Below are positions 1 through 9,691 of a DNA stretch of 56,061 nt, piece by piece. How positions within the stretch are numbered: the first letter of the stretch is position 1; every line of letters starts with the position of its first letter. The notes beneath the pieces are model-generated. The model was not told the DNA's origin. It was given only the letters and a program-made list of their open reading frames with translations, and searched no databases. The DNA lies in assembly GCA_017454465.1 (NCBI GenBank), contig JAFTCY010000139.1:1-56061 (forward strand). Reading direction: 5' to 3'. A program made the translations under genes and the position numbers. This DNA is from Clostridia bacterium. Lineage in GTDB: Bacteria; Bacillota; Clostridia; Oscillospirales; CAG-272.

Positions 1-971
1 AGAAGCGGAAACTCGGAGATATCGCACCGGCCCGCCTCCGAAAGCTTTCTCACGGCTCTCGCCACCCGCTCGGCCACGACCAGGGACTCAAGGGTCACCC
101 CGTTCAGTTCTTCCTTCGCCTCGCCTATGGAATATCCTTTTCCCAGCAGTATCCCCACCAGTCTGGTGCGGCCGCCGTATACCGTCACGTAAAGGTCCCC
201 GATACCCACGCAGAGATTGTCAAGGCTCCCGGCCCCCTGAAGGTCCAGGAGCTTCTTCATTTCCCGGGCTGCCTGCCCGAATACCGCTGCCTGGGAGTTG
301 TAATGAAGAGGGGAGTCATCGCCGTATGCCGCCTTGTTCAGGCCTATGGTAAGCGCCACCGCCAGCGCGTAACCGTTCTTCAGCGCGACGGCGCTCTCGA
401 CTCCGGTCACGTCGGTGGAAATACTGATGTGATAATAGTCTGTGGAAAGAAGCTCTCTCAGGCGTTTGAGTATCTCAGGGTCTTCGCCGCAGAAGGCAAC
501 CTCGGTCTGGTCATGCTGCGCCAGCTCGTAGCTGGTGCAGGGACCGCCCACCGCGTTGAGGGAAAGCTTCTTTCCCCGCTCAGCGAGTTTTCTTTTCCAC
601 AATTCAGGATATGTGATGAGGGTTCCGTCTTCCAGGTCCATCAGGCCCTTGGTCACCGAGAGCACCGGCGTATCCTCCGGGATCAGCGGCAGGATCCTGT
701 CTCCGAACCAGCTGACGCCAAAGCTGCTGACTCCGCCGATCACAAGGTCGGCTCCCTTTATCGCCGCCTCAGCCTCTTCGACCCTGTGAAAGCTGACGCC
801 CTCAGGGAAAGGTACCGGAAGCTTCGGATGCCTGTTGGTGCTTCTGCATATGTCGATTATTCCGGAATCAAGATGGGTCCCCACGAGTCTGACCTCATGG
901 CCGTTCTCCCTGGCCGGAAAAGCCAGGGCCGAGCCCATCATGCCCGACCCTATTATGGTTATTGCAGCCAT
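1..971 (-). CDS. NAD(P)H-dependent glycerol-3-phosphate dehydrogenase family protein (start inside window, C-terminus runs off the window edge)
   Basis: Hand translation of the minus strand from ATG (971-969) gives MAAITIIGSGMMGSALAFPARENGHEV (Rossmann GxGxxG), then ...VESAVALKNGYALAVAL..., which is GpsA-like. It is absent from the ORF track because it has no stop in the window. The + ORF 303-986 is its antisense shadow. Confidence 0.7.
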   Translation of the reverse strand, partial: MAAITIIGSGMMGSALAFPARENGHEVRLVGTHLDSGIIDICRSTNRHPKLPVPFPEGVSFHRVEEAEAAIKGADLVIGGVSSFGVSWFGDRILPLIPEDTPVLSVTKGLMDLEDGTLITYPELWKRKLAERGKKLSLNAVGGPCTSYELAQHDQTEVAFCGEDPEILKRLRELLSTDYYHISISTDVTGVESAVALKNGYALAVALTIGLNKAAYGDDSPLHYNSQAAVFGQAAREMKKLLDLQGAGSLDNLCVGIGDLYVTVYGGRTRLVGILLGKGYSIGEAKEELNGVTLESLVVAERVARAVRKLSEAGRCDISEFPL

Positions 972-975
972 TGTC

Positions 976-1737
976 TCACTTCATGAAGTGCTCGTGCAGG
1001 TAGTCAGAGGAAATCTTGATCGAATCGAAGGGATCCCCCGGGTACTCGTCCTGCTCGACCACATAGTATTTGACGCCGATCTTTTCAGCGGTCTCAATGA
1101 TGCCTTCCCACCACAGGTTGCCGTTTCCTATCTCGGTGATGTACTGTTCATCCGGCTCTCTGCGCTTTGCCATATCTTTCAGGTGAATCAGGTCTATCCT
1201 GCCTGCCAGTCTTTCCATAAGATGCCTGATGTCGGCGCCACCGTGCTGTACCCAGTACGTATCAAGGACAAATGAAGTTTTCTTGGGATCAAGTCCCTCA
1301 ATCAGCATCTCCATGGGCATCCTTCCGTCAGGGAACCTTGTGAATTCATGGCTGTGGTTGTGGTATGTGAATTTCATGCCCTCTTCGTAGATGCGGTCAG
1401 CGATTTTGTTGGCCTGTTCTATGAAGCGCTCTGTCTCCTCGGCCGTATTGCACATGAACCCGCCGATGCCCATCAGGTTCGTGCCCATGATCTTGTGCGC
1501 CTCGATCTCCTTATCGAGATCATCCAGCATATATTCAAACTCTTCGTGAGTTCCCCAGATCTCTATTCCCTCCTCATGAGCGATCCTTGCGTAATCCGCG
1601 TAAGGGATCCTGCAGCCCGCGGTCTGGGCGCCGTCGTAGCCCAGCTCTTTCATTTTTCTGAAGGCCATCCTGATGCCTTCCGGTGTGTCCATGTGATCCC
1701 TGAGGGTCCACATCTGAAGTCCGATCTGCTTAATCAT
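976..1737 (-). CDS. sugar phosphate isomerase/epimerase (xylose isomerase-like TIM barrel)
   Basis: 253-aa ORF; MIKQIGLQMWTLRD..., ...FTYHNHSHEF..., ...IHLKD..., ...VVEQD... match the AP-endonuclease-2/xylose-isomerase-like TIM-barrel pattern. It lies 5 nt upstream of the gpsA-like start. Confidence 0.8.
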   Translation of the reverse strand: MIKQIGLQMWTLRDHMDTPEGIRMAFRKMKELGYDGAQTAGCRIPYADYARIAHEEGIEIWGTHEEFEYMLDDLDKEIEAHKIMGTNLMGIGGFMCNTAEETERFIEQANKIADRIYEEGMKFTYHNHSHEFTRFPDGRMPMEMLIEGLDPKKTSFVLDTYWVQHGGADIRHLMERLAGRIDLIHLKDMAKRREPDEQYITEIGNGNLWWEGIIETAEKIGVKYYVVEQDEYPGDPFDSIKISSDYLHEHFMK

Positions 1738-1752
1738 ATCATATCCCCTTTT

Positions 1753-3531
1753 CTAAACTGTCCTTTCGGACATTTTTTTGACATTATCAGCGTCCGGCGT
1801 CACATACGCCGTCCAGTTGCTGGTATAGATAACGAAGCCGGGCTTCGATCCTGCGGGCTTCTTTACCTTTGATACGGTAGTATAGTCCACCGGTACCATG
1901 ACGCCCGCCCTCGCGGAGGAGTTGTACGCCGCGATCTCGGCTGCCTCGGTGAATGCCAGTTCCGGGGGATCGCTCTCCCCCTCGTTGTTGATGAGCACCA
2001 CATGGGATCCGGGCTGGTTCTTCACATGGAACCACCAGTCCCCTTTCGATGCATATTTCGTGGTAAGGTAATCGTTGGAGGTATTGTTCCGCCCGCAGAG
2101 CACCAGATGGCCGTCTGATGTCACGTACCGTCTTATCTGCGGCTTCGGGTTCTTTTTCTCCGTATAGTTCTTCATTTTGGAGGCGTAGCCGCTGTGATAC
2201 AGTTCCGCCCTGATTTCTCCCAGATCCGCCTCGTTCTCCGCTCTTTCCAGAGCGTCGGCCACGGTCCTGAGATAGACCAGTTCAGATTCCGCTGACTCTA
2301 TCTGCTGAGCCAGCACCACTTTCGCGACTTTTGCCTTTGAGTATTTTTTATAGTACAGCTGCGCGTTTGCCTGGGGGGAGAGCCTCTTGTCAAGAGGTAT
2401 GTTTTCCTTCCCGAGGCCGGGATCCTCCCAGTTCTCCAGCTCGCAGCTCTCCATGCCCTTTTTCAGCCTGAATATGTTCCCGGTGATCAGGTCTCCCCAG
2501 AGCTTGTACCGGTCCCCTGCCTCGCAGTCAGCAAGCTCCTGCCTCTGGGCCGAGATCTTTCTCTCTATCCTTCCCTCCGCGTTTTTGAGAAGTCTGGATA
2601 TATCCGAAGATTTCTTCCTGATCCTATCCTCAAGGCCCCTTTTCCCGTAATACGCGTCCAGAAGCTCCCCGAATGTGGGATATTCCGCGCAGGAATCCGG
2701 GCCGTACTGGCTGATTTCAATAAATGAGTACTCCACCGGGTGCCCCGTAGCGTCCCTGACAAGGCACGGTTTGCCGCCGCATTCTTTTATCTTTCCGGTC
2801 ACATCCGAAAAAGCCTTCCAGAGGCCCCTCGCGCAGTCGTCAAGGGTCGCCCCGTCAGCGCCCCCTGCGGAGGAGGAAGCTCCGGCAGCTATCTCTCTCG
2901 CCACGAGAGGCGCGATGCCTGAAAAAGCAGCCATTATGAACTTGTCCGCCTTCATGTCCCCCGGAAAACCGGCGGCTATGGAATTGAAGGCCTTTTCATC
3001 AAGGGCCGGATCGGTCGGATCACGCTTGTCCTGGGGAGGCGGGAGCTCGTATTTCAGGCCTGACAGCACCTGGCGCTTTTCGCTGGTGGAGAAATCCACC
3101 GTTTTCAGCTGCCCGATTATGACTCCCCGGCTGTCCGTCAGGATTATATTCGCGAATCTGCCAATCATCTCGCAGACGATGTTCTTTTCCGCTGTCTCTC
3201 CCAGCTCGTCCCTGGTCTCGAATACGAGGACCGCCACTCTTTCAAAGCCCGGCATCCTGGCCTCGATGAACTTTGCTCCTGAAAAATGCTTTCTCAGTAG
3301 CATGCAGAACATGGGGGGCACCTGCGGGTTCTCAGGCCTCTCGTTCGTGATATGGATCCTCGGTCCGTTGCCTCCCGCGGAGATATACAGTCTCCTGTCC
3401 TCTCCCTGGCAGCGGATGCCTATTACTATCTCGTCTCTTGAAGGCTGGCTGATACGGTCGATCCTGCCGCCTGCAAGATGGGCGTTCAGTTCATGGCATA
3501 TATGCCTCAGAAAGCCTGCGTCAAATGCCAT
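1753..3531 (-). CDS. rqcH: ribosome quality control protein RqcH (NFACT family, FbpA-like)
   Basis: The N-terminus MAFDAGFLRHICHELN...GGRIDRISQPSRDEIVI is a typical NFACT-N domain. A central coiled coil and C-terminal ...WWFHVKNQPGSHVVL... (NFACT-R) follow. I prefer the internal ATG at 3531; the longest ORF starts at 3555. Confidence 0.8.
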   Translation of the reverse strand: MAFDAGFLRHICHELNAHLAGGRIDRISQPSRDEIVIGIRCQGEDRRLYISAGGNGPRIHITNERPENPQVPPMFCMLLRKHFSGAKFIEARMPGFERVAVLVFETRDELGETAEKNIVCEMIGRFANIILTDSRGVIIGQLKTVDFSTSEKRQVLSGLKYELPPPQDKRDPTDPALDEKAFNSIAAGFPGDMKADKFIMAAFSGIAPLVAREIAAGASSSAGGADGATLDDCARGLWKAFSDVTGKIKECGGKPCLVRDATGHPVEYSFIEISQYGPDSCAEYPTFGELLDAYYGKRGLEDRIRKKSSDISRLLKNAEGRIERKISAQRQELADCEAGDRYKLWGDLITGNIFRLKKGMESCELENWEDPGLGKENIPLDKRLSPQANAQLYYKKYSKAKVAKVVLAQQIESAESELVYLRTVADALERAENEADLGEIRAELYHSGYASKMKNYTEKKNPKPQIRRYVTSDGHLVLCGRNNTSNDYLTTKYASKGDWWFHVKNQPGSHVVLINNEGESDPPELAFTEAAEIAAYNSSARAGVMVPVDYTTVSKVKKPAGSKPGFVIYTSNWTAYVTPDADNVKKMSERTV

Positions 3532-4252
3532 ACGTGCCCTCCGGCCCTCCGTCACATTTCTGTTTCATGAATACGAAGGACATTACCGTCTTGGTGTATC
3601 TGAACCCTGCTCTCAGGGCGGTCTTTTCACTGGCTGTATTCCTGTCGGAACACACATATACCACTTTTTCCCCCATATCAGACAGGTACCGTGCAAGTTT
3701 TTCAGCGCAGGCGCTGGCGTATCCCCGCCTTCTGTACCCGGGAGCGCATTCGACGTTTATCTCAATGGCTCCTCCTTCTGACATGTCGTTAACTCCAGCA
3801 AAGCATACCACCTTGCCGTCCTCGATCAGGACTGCCATCCTGTCGGTGGGCACATCCGAAAAGAGCTCATATTCCTCCACCGGCAGTTCCTCGTCAAATA
3901 CGTAATCCTTCAGCCTGTCGATGATCACGCAGTCACCGATCCTGGCCGAGACTGCCCCTCCGGGTTCAAACTCGAACTCCTTCCGGAATTTGAAAGGCTC
4001 AAAAACGGGAATATACCCAAGCGATTCCATCGCCGGAGCCAGTCTTTCCTTAAGGAAATCCTTCGCTTCATCAGAAAACGGGCAGGAAGCGAACCGGGAA
4101 TGGTACTCTTCCGCCGCAGCCTTCGTTATTCTGTATGTCAGAACGTCTGTGTCCCGGCCGTACCCGAAGTCCGAGACCTCCACCGGCACGGCAAAGCAGG
4201 AGGAGCCTTCGGCGACTGCCTTTTCATATTCTTTTTCCTCAAGTCTTACCAT
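3521..4252 (-). CDS. GNAT family N-acetyltransferase
   Basis: 243-aa ORF with acetyl-CoA-binding motif ...VECAPGYRRRGYASACAEKLARYL...; an SD-like AGGGGTGAG lies upstream of the ATG. Confidence 0.75.
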   Translation of the reverse strand: MVRLEEKEYEKAVAEGSSCFAVPVEVSDFGYGRDTDVLTYRITKAAAEEYHSRFASCPFSDEAKDFLKERLAPAMESLGYIPVFEPFKFRKEFEFEPGGAVSARIGDCVIIDRLKDYVFDEELPVEEYELFSDVPTDRMAVLIEDGKVVCFAGVNDMSEGGAIEINVECAPGYRRRGYASACAEKLARYLSDMGEKVVYVCSDRNTASEKTALRAGFRYTKTVMSFVFMKQKCDGGPEGTYGI

Positions 4253-4481
4253 TCACGGCTCACCCCTTTCTCGGTCATATTATACACCCCGGAAGTGATA
4301 AAGAAAAGAGCATTTTCTCCGAGCCGGGTCTATTTGCAGGCGTGATAACTATTTTTTAGGAACCGCTGTATTCCCCGCGGACAGCCATGACATATATTCC
4401 CACGGCACAGGACTGCTCCCGGTACATGCTTGGTTTTATCAAAAATATTGGGCCCGGCCCTACTTTTTGGCTTGTTTTGGT

Positions 4482-4510
4482 GGAAAAAGCGGCGGAAATA
4501 TGATATAATT
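4482..4510 (+). promoter_or_regulatory. putative lon promoter with extended -10 (TGATATAAT) and weak -35 (TGGAAA)
   Basis: tgatataat at 4502-4510 fits TGnTATAAT. tggaaa sits 17 nt upstream at 4482-4487. The site is about 75 nt upstream of the lon ATG. Confidence 0.5.
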
Positions 4511-4529
4511 CAATGATACAATTGCCAGA

Positions 4530-4552
4530 TTTTCAGCTTCCGGCTGAAAATC
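4530..4552 (+). promoter_or_regulatory. perfect 9-bp inverted repeat (attttcagc-ttccg-gctgaaaat) in the lon leader
   Basis: Read directly from the sequence. It lies between the putative -10 (4505-4510) and the lon start (4586). Confidence 0.4.
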
Positions 4553-4585
4553 CTGAAATAAGCATTTTTTGAAAGGATCATTCCT

Positions 4586-7057
4586 ATGCCCAGATATATA
4601 GAAAAAGCCGAAATGCTGACCCTTCCGGCCATCGCGCTCAGGGGGCTCGTGGCATTTCCCTCTATTCCTGTTTCCTGCGAACTCGAGCGGGAAGCATCGA
4701 AAAAAGCAGCAAAGGCAGCCCTTGACTCAGACATGCTGATCTTTCTGGTCCCCCAGAGGGATATAGACTGCGAAGAGCCCGGGCAGGACGACCTGTACGA
4801 GGTCGGATGCGTTGCGAAGATCTCCAACAGTCTGTCAAAGTCAGGAAGCGACACGGTGAGGATCACTGTCGAGGGATACTGCCGCGCTTCCCTTATCGAA
4901 TTAAGAAACGAGAACGGGTGCCTTTGGGCTGACGTTCTCTCAAAGACCGTGACTGCGGACTTTTCGATAAAGGATATAAAGACCGAAGCCACCATAAAGG
5001 AACTGCTGGACACGCTTCTGGAAATGACCAGATTCATGCCCAGGTATGCCGAAGATTTCATGAGAGCCGTGAAATCCATGGAAAATCCCGGCATGATCTC
5101 CGACTTTATCGCGGCAAACGCCTTTGTCCGTTATCAGGACAAAGCTGATATCCTTGCGGAATTCGAGCCGTTCAGGAGAGCTGAGCGGTGTATAGTCCTG
5201 ATGCAGAGCGAAGTCAAGCTGCTGCAGACCCAGCTGGACATCCAGATCAAAGTCAAGCAGGCAATGGACGACAATCAGAGGGACTATTTCCTCAGAGAGC
5301 AGATCCGTGCAATAGAAAATGAACTTGGCATAGACAGTGATGAGCAGGAGCTACAGAAACGGCTTGATTCGACCAAGCTTCCGGAAGAGGTCAGGAACCG
5401 CCTCAGCAAAGAGATACTGAAGCTTGCAAAAACGCCCCAGGGCTCACCGGATTCCTCAGTCATCAGAAACTACATAGAGACCTGTCTCGACATCCCGTGG
5501 GACAAGAAGACCAAGGACAGGCTGAACATAGCGCAGGCAAAAAAGATCCTTGACAACGACCATGACGGCCTGACCAAGATCAAGGACAGGATCCTTGAGT
5601 TCCTTGCCGTAAAACAGCTCAATACCGAACTGAAGAACCAGATACTGTGCTTCGTTGGCCCTCCGGGAACCGGAAAGACCTCTCTGGGCGCCTCGATCGC
5701 CCGCGCTCTGAACAGAAAATATGTAAGAGTGTCGCTGGGCGGCGTCAGAGACGAGTCCGACATCAGGGGCCACAGGAAGACCTACATAGGATCTATGCCC
5801 GGGCGTATCATTACCGCCCTGACCCAGTGCGGGTCCATGAACCCGGTAATGCTCCTTGACGAAGTTGACAAGATGTGTTCCGATATGAGAGGCGACCCCG
5901 CCTCTGCGCTTCTTGAGGTCCTTGACAGTGAGCAGAACAAGGCGTTCAGGGATCATTTCATTGAACTTCCGGTGGATCTGTCGGATATACTTTTCATAAC
6001 CACGGCAAACACGCTGGACACAGTACCGAGGCCCCTGCTCGACAGGATGGAGGTGCTGGAGCTCAACACATATACACCGTCGGAAAAGCTTTCTATCGCA
6101 AAGAATCACCTTATACCGAAGCAGATCTCGCGCCACGGGCTCACCAAAAAGTCATTCAAAATGACAGATGACGCCATAACCGAGCTCATCGCCGGCTATA
6201 CCAGGGAGTCCGGAGTCCGCAACCTTGAAAGAGAGATATCCTCTCTCTGCAGGAAGGCCGCGAAAAAAATGATAGAAGAAGATCAGAAGTCGGTAAAGAT
6301 CACGGCCGGCGATCTTGAAGCATATCTGGGCCCGAGAAAGATCATTGACGATCCCATAGGTGACGCGGATCTTGTCGGCGTCACCAACGGAATGGCGTAC
6401 ACTGAGGTGGGCGGCGACCTGCTCAAAGTAGAAGTCCTTCCGGTGGAGGGCACCGGAAAGATAGAGCTCACGGGCACACTGGGAGACGTGATGAAGGAAT
6501 CAGCCCACATCGCCGTCACATACACAAGGGCCCACTGCGAAGAGTACGGGATACCTGAAGACTTTTACAAGACAAAAGACATACACATCCACGTGCCTGA
6601 AGGAGCCACCCCCAAGGACGGTCCATCAGCGGGCGTCACCATGTGCACTTCGCTTATAAGCGCGCTTTCCGGATTCCGTGTCCGCCACGACATCTCGATG
6701 ACAGGCGAGATAACCCTTACCGGACGTGTGCTTCCTATCGGAGGACTGAGAGAAAAGGCAACAGCAGCATATTCAGCCGGAATCAGAACGATCCTGATCC
6801 CCAAAGAGAACATGAGGGATATCAAAGAACTTGACCGCGAAGTCGCGGACAACGTCACTTTCATTCCATGCTCAAACCTTGACGACGTTCTTTCGTTCGC
6901 TCTCATCAGGCCCCAGAAGGCACAGGAGACTCATACCGTTCTGCCGGCACTGGAGGAAAATCCGATCCTGGCAGAGATAAAAGAGGAATCAAAGGAATCT
7001 CCCGCAGCAAAGTATCCGCCCCGCCGTAAAAGGCCTTACACAAACATCAACCGATGA
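4586..7057 (+). CDS. lon: ATP-dependent Lon protease (LonA, endopeptidase La)
   Basis: 823 aa with an N-terminal LON domain, Walker A GPPGTGKTS and the protease serine motif PKDGPSAGVTM. It is followed by engB, as in the Bacillus lonA-ysxC arrangement. Confidence 0.95.
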   Translation: MPRYIEKAEMLTLPAIALRGLVAFPSIPVSCELEREASKKAAKAALDSDMLIFLVPQRDIDCEEPGQDDLYEVGCVAKISNSLSKSGSDTVRITVEGYCRASLIELRNENGCLWADVLSKTVTADFSIKDIKTEATIKELLDTLLEMTRFMPRYAEDFMRAVKSMENPGMISDFIAANAFVRYQDKADILAEFEPFRRAERCIVLMQSEVKLLQTQLDIQIKVKQAMDDNQRDYFLREQIRAIENELGIDSDEQELQKRLDSTKLPEEVRNRLSKEILKLAKTPQGSPDSSVIRNYIETCLDIPWDKKTKDRLNIAQAKKILDNDHDGLTKIKDRILEFLAVKQLNTELKNQILCFVGPPGTGKTSLGASIARALNRKYVRVSLGGVRDESDIRGHRKTYIGSMPGRIITALTQCGSMNPVMLLDEVDKMCSDMRGDPASALLEVLDSEQNKAFRDHFIELPVDLSDILFITTANTLDTVPRPLLDRMEVLELNTYTPSEKLSIAKNHLIPKQISRHGLTKKSFKMTDDAITELIAGYTRESGVRNLEREISSLCRKAAKKMIEEDQKSVKITAGDLEAYLGPRKIIDDPIGDADLVGVTNGMAYTEVGGDLLKVEVLPVEGTGKIELTGTLGDVMKESAHIAVTYTRAHCEEYGIPEDFYKTKDIHIHVPEGATPKDGPSAGVTMCTSLISALSGFRVRHDISMTGEITLTGRVLPIGGLREKATAAYSAGIRTILIPKENMRDIKELDREVADNVTFIPCSNLDDVLSFALIRPQKAQETHTVLPALEENPILAEIKEESKESPAAKYPPRRKRPYTNINR

Positions 7058-7653
7058 AACTGAATCTCAACAACATAACATTGAAGATATCGGCGGGCTT
7101 CAAAAAGCAGTTCCCTGCCGACAGGATCCCCCAGGTGGCCTTTTCCGGCCGTTCCAATGTGGGGAAAAGTTCCCTCATCAATTCCCTTCTGGGCAGAAAA
7201 AGCCTGGCCAGGGTCAGCGCGGAGCCCGGCAAGACCATAACCATAAATTTCTATGACATAGACGGCAGACTGTATTTCGTGGATCTTCCCGGATACGGCT
7301 ACGCGAAAAGGACAAAGGCGGACCAGGAAAAATGGTCGTCCCTTACGGACGGATTTTTCACGTCGAACCGGAATATAGACTCCGTGAAGCTGATATGCCA
7401 GCTGATCGACTCAAGGACAGGTCCCACGAGGGACGACCTGGCCATGATAGATTACCTGCAGCAGACCGGAATGCCCTATGTCACTGTCGCCACAAAATAT
7501 GACAAGCTGAACGCGTCGGAAAAGAAAAAATTCCATGACGCCCTTCAGGCCGAGCCGCTGTGCGCAGACAGGCCATGTATCTGCTGCTCATCAAAGACGG
7601 GAGAAGGCAGGGACGAGCTCTGGGCAATGATAACCGAAAGCTGCGGGCTGTGA
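7054..7653 (+). CDS. engB: ribosome biogenesis GTP-binding protein YihA/YsxC
   Basis: G1 motif GRSNVGKSSLIN and DLPGYGYA are present. An ATGA start/stop overlap links it to lon. Confidence 0.9.
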   Translation: MKLNLNNITLKISAGFKKQFPADRIPQVAFSGRSNVGKSSLINSLLGRKSLARVSAEPGKTITINFYDIDGRLYFVDLPGYGYAKRTKADQEKWSSLTDGFFTSNRNIDSVKLICQLIDSRTGPTRDDLAMIDYLQQTGMPYVTVATKYDKLNASEKKKFHDALQAEPLCADRPCICCSSKTGEGRDELWAMITESCGL

Positions 7654-7675
7654 ACAGTCCGCTGTGAGGTGCGAT

Positions 7676-8974
7676 ATGATACTTCATCCTTCATTTGACA
7701 CAAATGAAAAAGGCCATCTCACCGTGTGCGGATACGATGCGGTGGATCTGGCGAAAGAGCACGGGACGCCCGCATACATACTTGACACGGACGCCGTACG
7801 GGGAATGTGCCGCATGTATAAGCGGGCTTTCCGTGAACACTTCGGAGAGGATTCTTTTCCCGTATACGCCGGAAAAGCCCTGTGCTACAAGAACCTCTAC
7901 AGGATCATCACACAGGAGGGCATGTTCGCGGACTGCGTTTCCTCCGGCGAGCTGTATACCGCCAGCAAGGCCGGGTTTCCCATGGAAAACGTGTTCTTCC
8001 ACGGCAACAACAAGACGGACTATGATCTTCAGTATGCCCTCGCCCTCGGCGTGGGATATATCGTTGTTGACTCTGTCGATGAGCTGAATGCCCTGGAGGC
8101 GGTCTGTCGCGAGACTTCAATGGACGCGGATATCCTTATAAGGGTCACGCCCGGCATAGATCCCCATACCCATAAAAAGATAATTACCGGAAGCGTCGAT
8201 TCCAAATTCGGATCCGCCATCGAGACCGGACAGGCGATGAAGATCACCGAACTGGCGCTGTCAAAGGAAAGGATCCATCTCAAAGGGTTCCACTGTCACG
8301 TGGGCTCACAGATCTTCGACATAGAGCCCTTCGCGGACGCATGCTCCATAATGCTGGGATTCATAAAGACAGTACGCGGGAGAACGGGATTTGAGGCGGC
8401 GATGCTCAACATCGGCGGAGGGTTCGGCGTAAGATATACCGACAAGGATCCCGAGATCGACTATGAGGCGAATATAGCAGCTCTCGGAAAGAGGATCAGC
8501 GCCCTGTGCCTTGAGCTGGGGGTAAAGAAACCTGCCCTGTTCATGGAGCCGGGCCGTTCCATAGTGGCCGCTGCCGGAGCGACTCTCTATAAATGCGGAA
8601 GCGTTAAGGAGATTCCCGGATTCAGAAATTACGTTTCCGTGGACGGAGGCATGCCGGATAATCCGCGTTACGCACTTTACCAGGCGGAATACACGGCGGT
8701 CAACGCCTCAAAGGCAAAAGATCCGGCAGAATACGAATGCACGCTCGGAGGAAGATGCTGCGAGAGCGGCGACCTTCTGGCTGAAGGCATAAAGATCGCA
8801 AAGCCGGAGAGAGGGGATATAATAGCAGTCCTCGTCACCGGAGCATACAACTTTTCAATGGCTTCAAACTACAACAGGATACCAAGGCCTCCGGTCATAG
8901 AGGTATCAAAGGAGAAGGTGTTCTGCTCGGTCAGAAGACAGACATTTACTGACATCACAGCCCTGGACATTTAG
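7676..8974 (+). CDS. lysA: diaminopimelate decarboxylase
   Basis: Fold-III PLP decarboxylase pattern (...YAGKAL..., ...GGGFGV..., ...GGRCCESGDLL...). I prefer the ATG at 7676, preceded by GAGGTG, over the GTG at 7664 used by the ORF track. Confidence 0.9.
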   Translation: MILHPSFDTNEKGHLTVCGYDAVDLAKEHGTPAYILDTDAVRGMCRMYKRAFREHFGEDSFPVYAGKALCYKNLYRIITQEGMFADCVSSGELYTASKAGFPMENVFFHGNNKTDYDLQYALALGVGYIVVDSVDELNALEAVCRETSMDADILIRVTPGIDPHTHKKIITGSVDSKFGSAIETGQAMKITELALSKERIHLKGFHCHVGSQIFDIEPFADACSIMLGFIKTVRGRTGFEAAMLNIGGGFGVRYTDKDPEIDYEANIAALGKRISALCLELGVKKPALFMEPGRSIVAAAGATLYKCGSVKEIPGFRNYVSVDGGMPDNPRYALYQAEYTAVNASKAKDPAEYECTLGGRCCESGDLLAEGIKIAKPERGDIIAVLVTGAYNFSMASNYNRIPRPPVIEVSKEKVFCSVRRQTFTDITALDI

Positions 8975-8988
8975 ACAAGGAGTATACT

Positions 8989-9681
8989 ATGGGTATTGTT
9001 CGATACATCCAATCCCTGTTCACCGTAGACGGACTCATCTCCCTGCTGCTCAGGATACCGTGTATTATCGTGGCCATCAGTTTCCACGAATGCGCCCATG
9101 CCTTTGTGGCGGACAAACTGGGAGACGATACGGCAAGGTACATGGGACGGCTCACGCTCAACCCGATAAAGCATTTCGACATCGTAGGCGGCATATGCAT
9201 GCTGCTTCTGGGATTCGGATGGGCGAAGCCCGTGCCTGTCAGTATGAAAAACTTCAAGCACCCGAGACGCGACATGGCTCTCGTGGCTGCTGCCGGTCCG
9301 GTGACAAACTTTATCATCGCCATAGTGTTCGCGTTCCTGTACGGCGGTGTGCTGCGGATCTTCCTCACAAACGGAGTCATAATACCTCCCGCTGACTTCA
9401 GCCTGGCATATATGCTCCTGCAGTTCCTGATCACCATGTTCACACTGAACCTCTCACTGACTATCTTCAATCTCATACCTGTCAATCCCCTTGACGGATC
9501 AAGGATCTTGGGAATGCTCCTTCCGGACAAGGCCTACTGGTGGCTGATGAAATATGAAAGATACATTTATTTCGGATTCATTCTCCTCCTTGCCACCGGC
9601 CTTCTCTCAGGGCCTCTTTCCACCGCGATCGGGTGGATATCCGACAGGATACTTGATCTCGTATATCTGATCTTCTTCTAA
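8989..9681 (+). CDS. site-2 protease family (peptidase M50) membrane metalloprotease
   Basis: HExxH (HECAHAF) and NLIPVNPLDGSRI motifs are present in a multi-TM protein. The SD is AAGGAG. Confidence 0.85.
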   Translation: MGIVRYIQSLFTVDGLISLLLRIPCIIVAISFHECAHAFVADKLGDDTARYMGRLTLNPIKHFDIVGGICMLLLGFGWAKPVPVSMKNFKHPRRDMALVAAAGPVTNFIIAIVFAFLYGGVLRIFLTNGVIIPPADFSLAYMLLQFLITMFTLNLSLTIFNLIPVNPLDGSRILGMLLPDKAYWWLMKYERYIYFGFILLLATGLLSGPLSTAIGWISDRILDLVYLIFF

Positions 9682-9691
9682 GGAAATATTA

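Noticed and set aside
303-986. 227-aa + strand ORF at the window start
   Set aside because: It is antisense to a clearly recognisable GpsA-family gene (Rossmann N-terminus, family motifs) on the minus strand. Its own translation has no recognisable motifs and an Arg/Gly/Val-rich shadow composition.
4387-4500. 37-codon small ORF in the lon upstream region
   Set aside because: It has no SD, no recognisable peptide features, and overlaps the putative lon promoter.
4586-7057. Lon protease as part of a defence or toxin-type system
   Set aside because: It is a full-length LonA with the conserved lon-engB linkage seen in Bacillus, and no associated nuclease, sensor or toxin genes. It is housekeeping.
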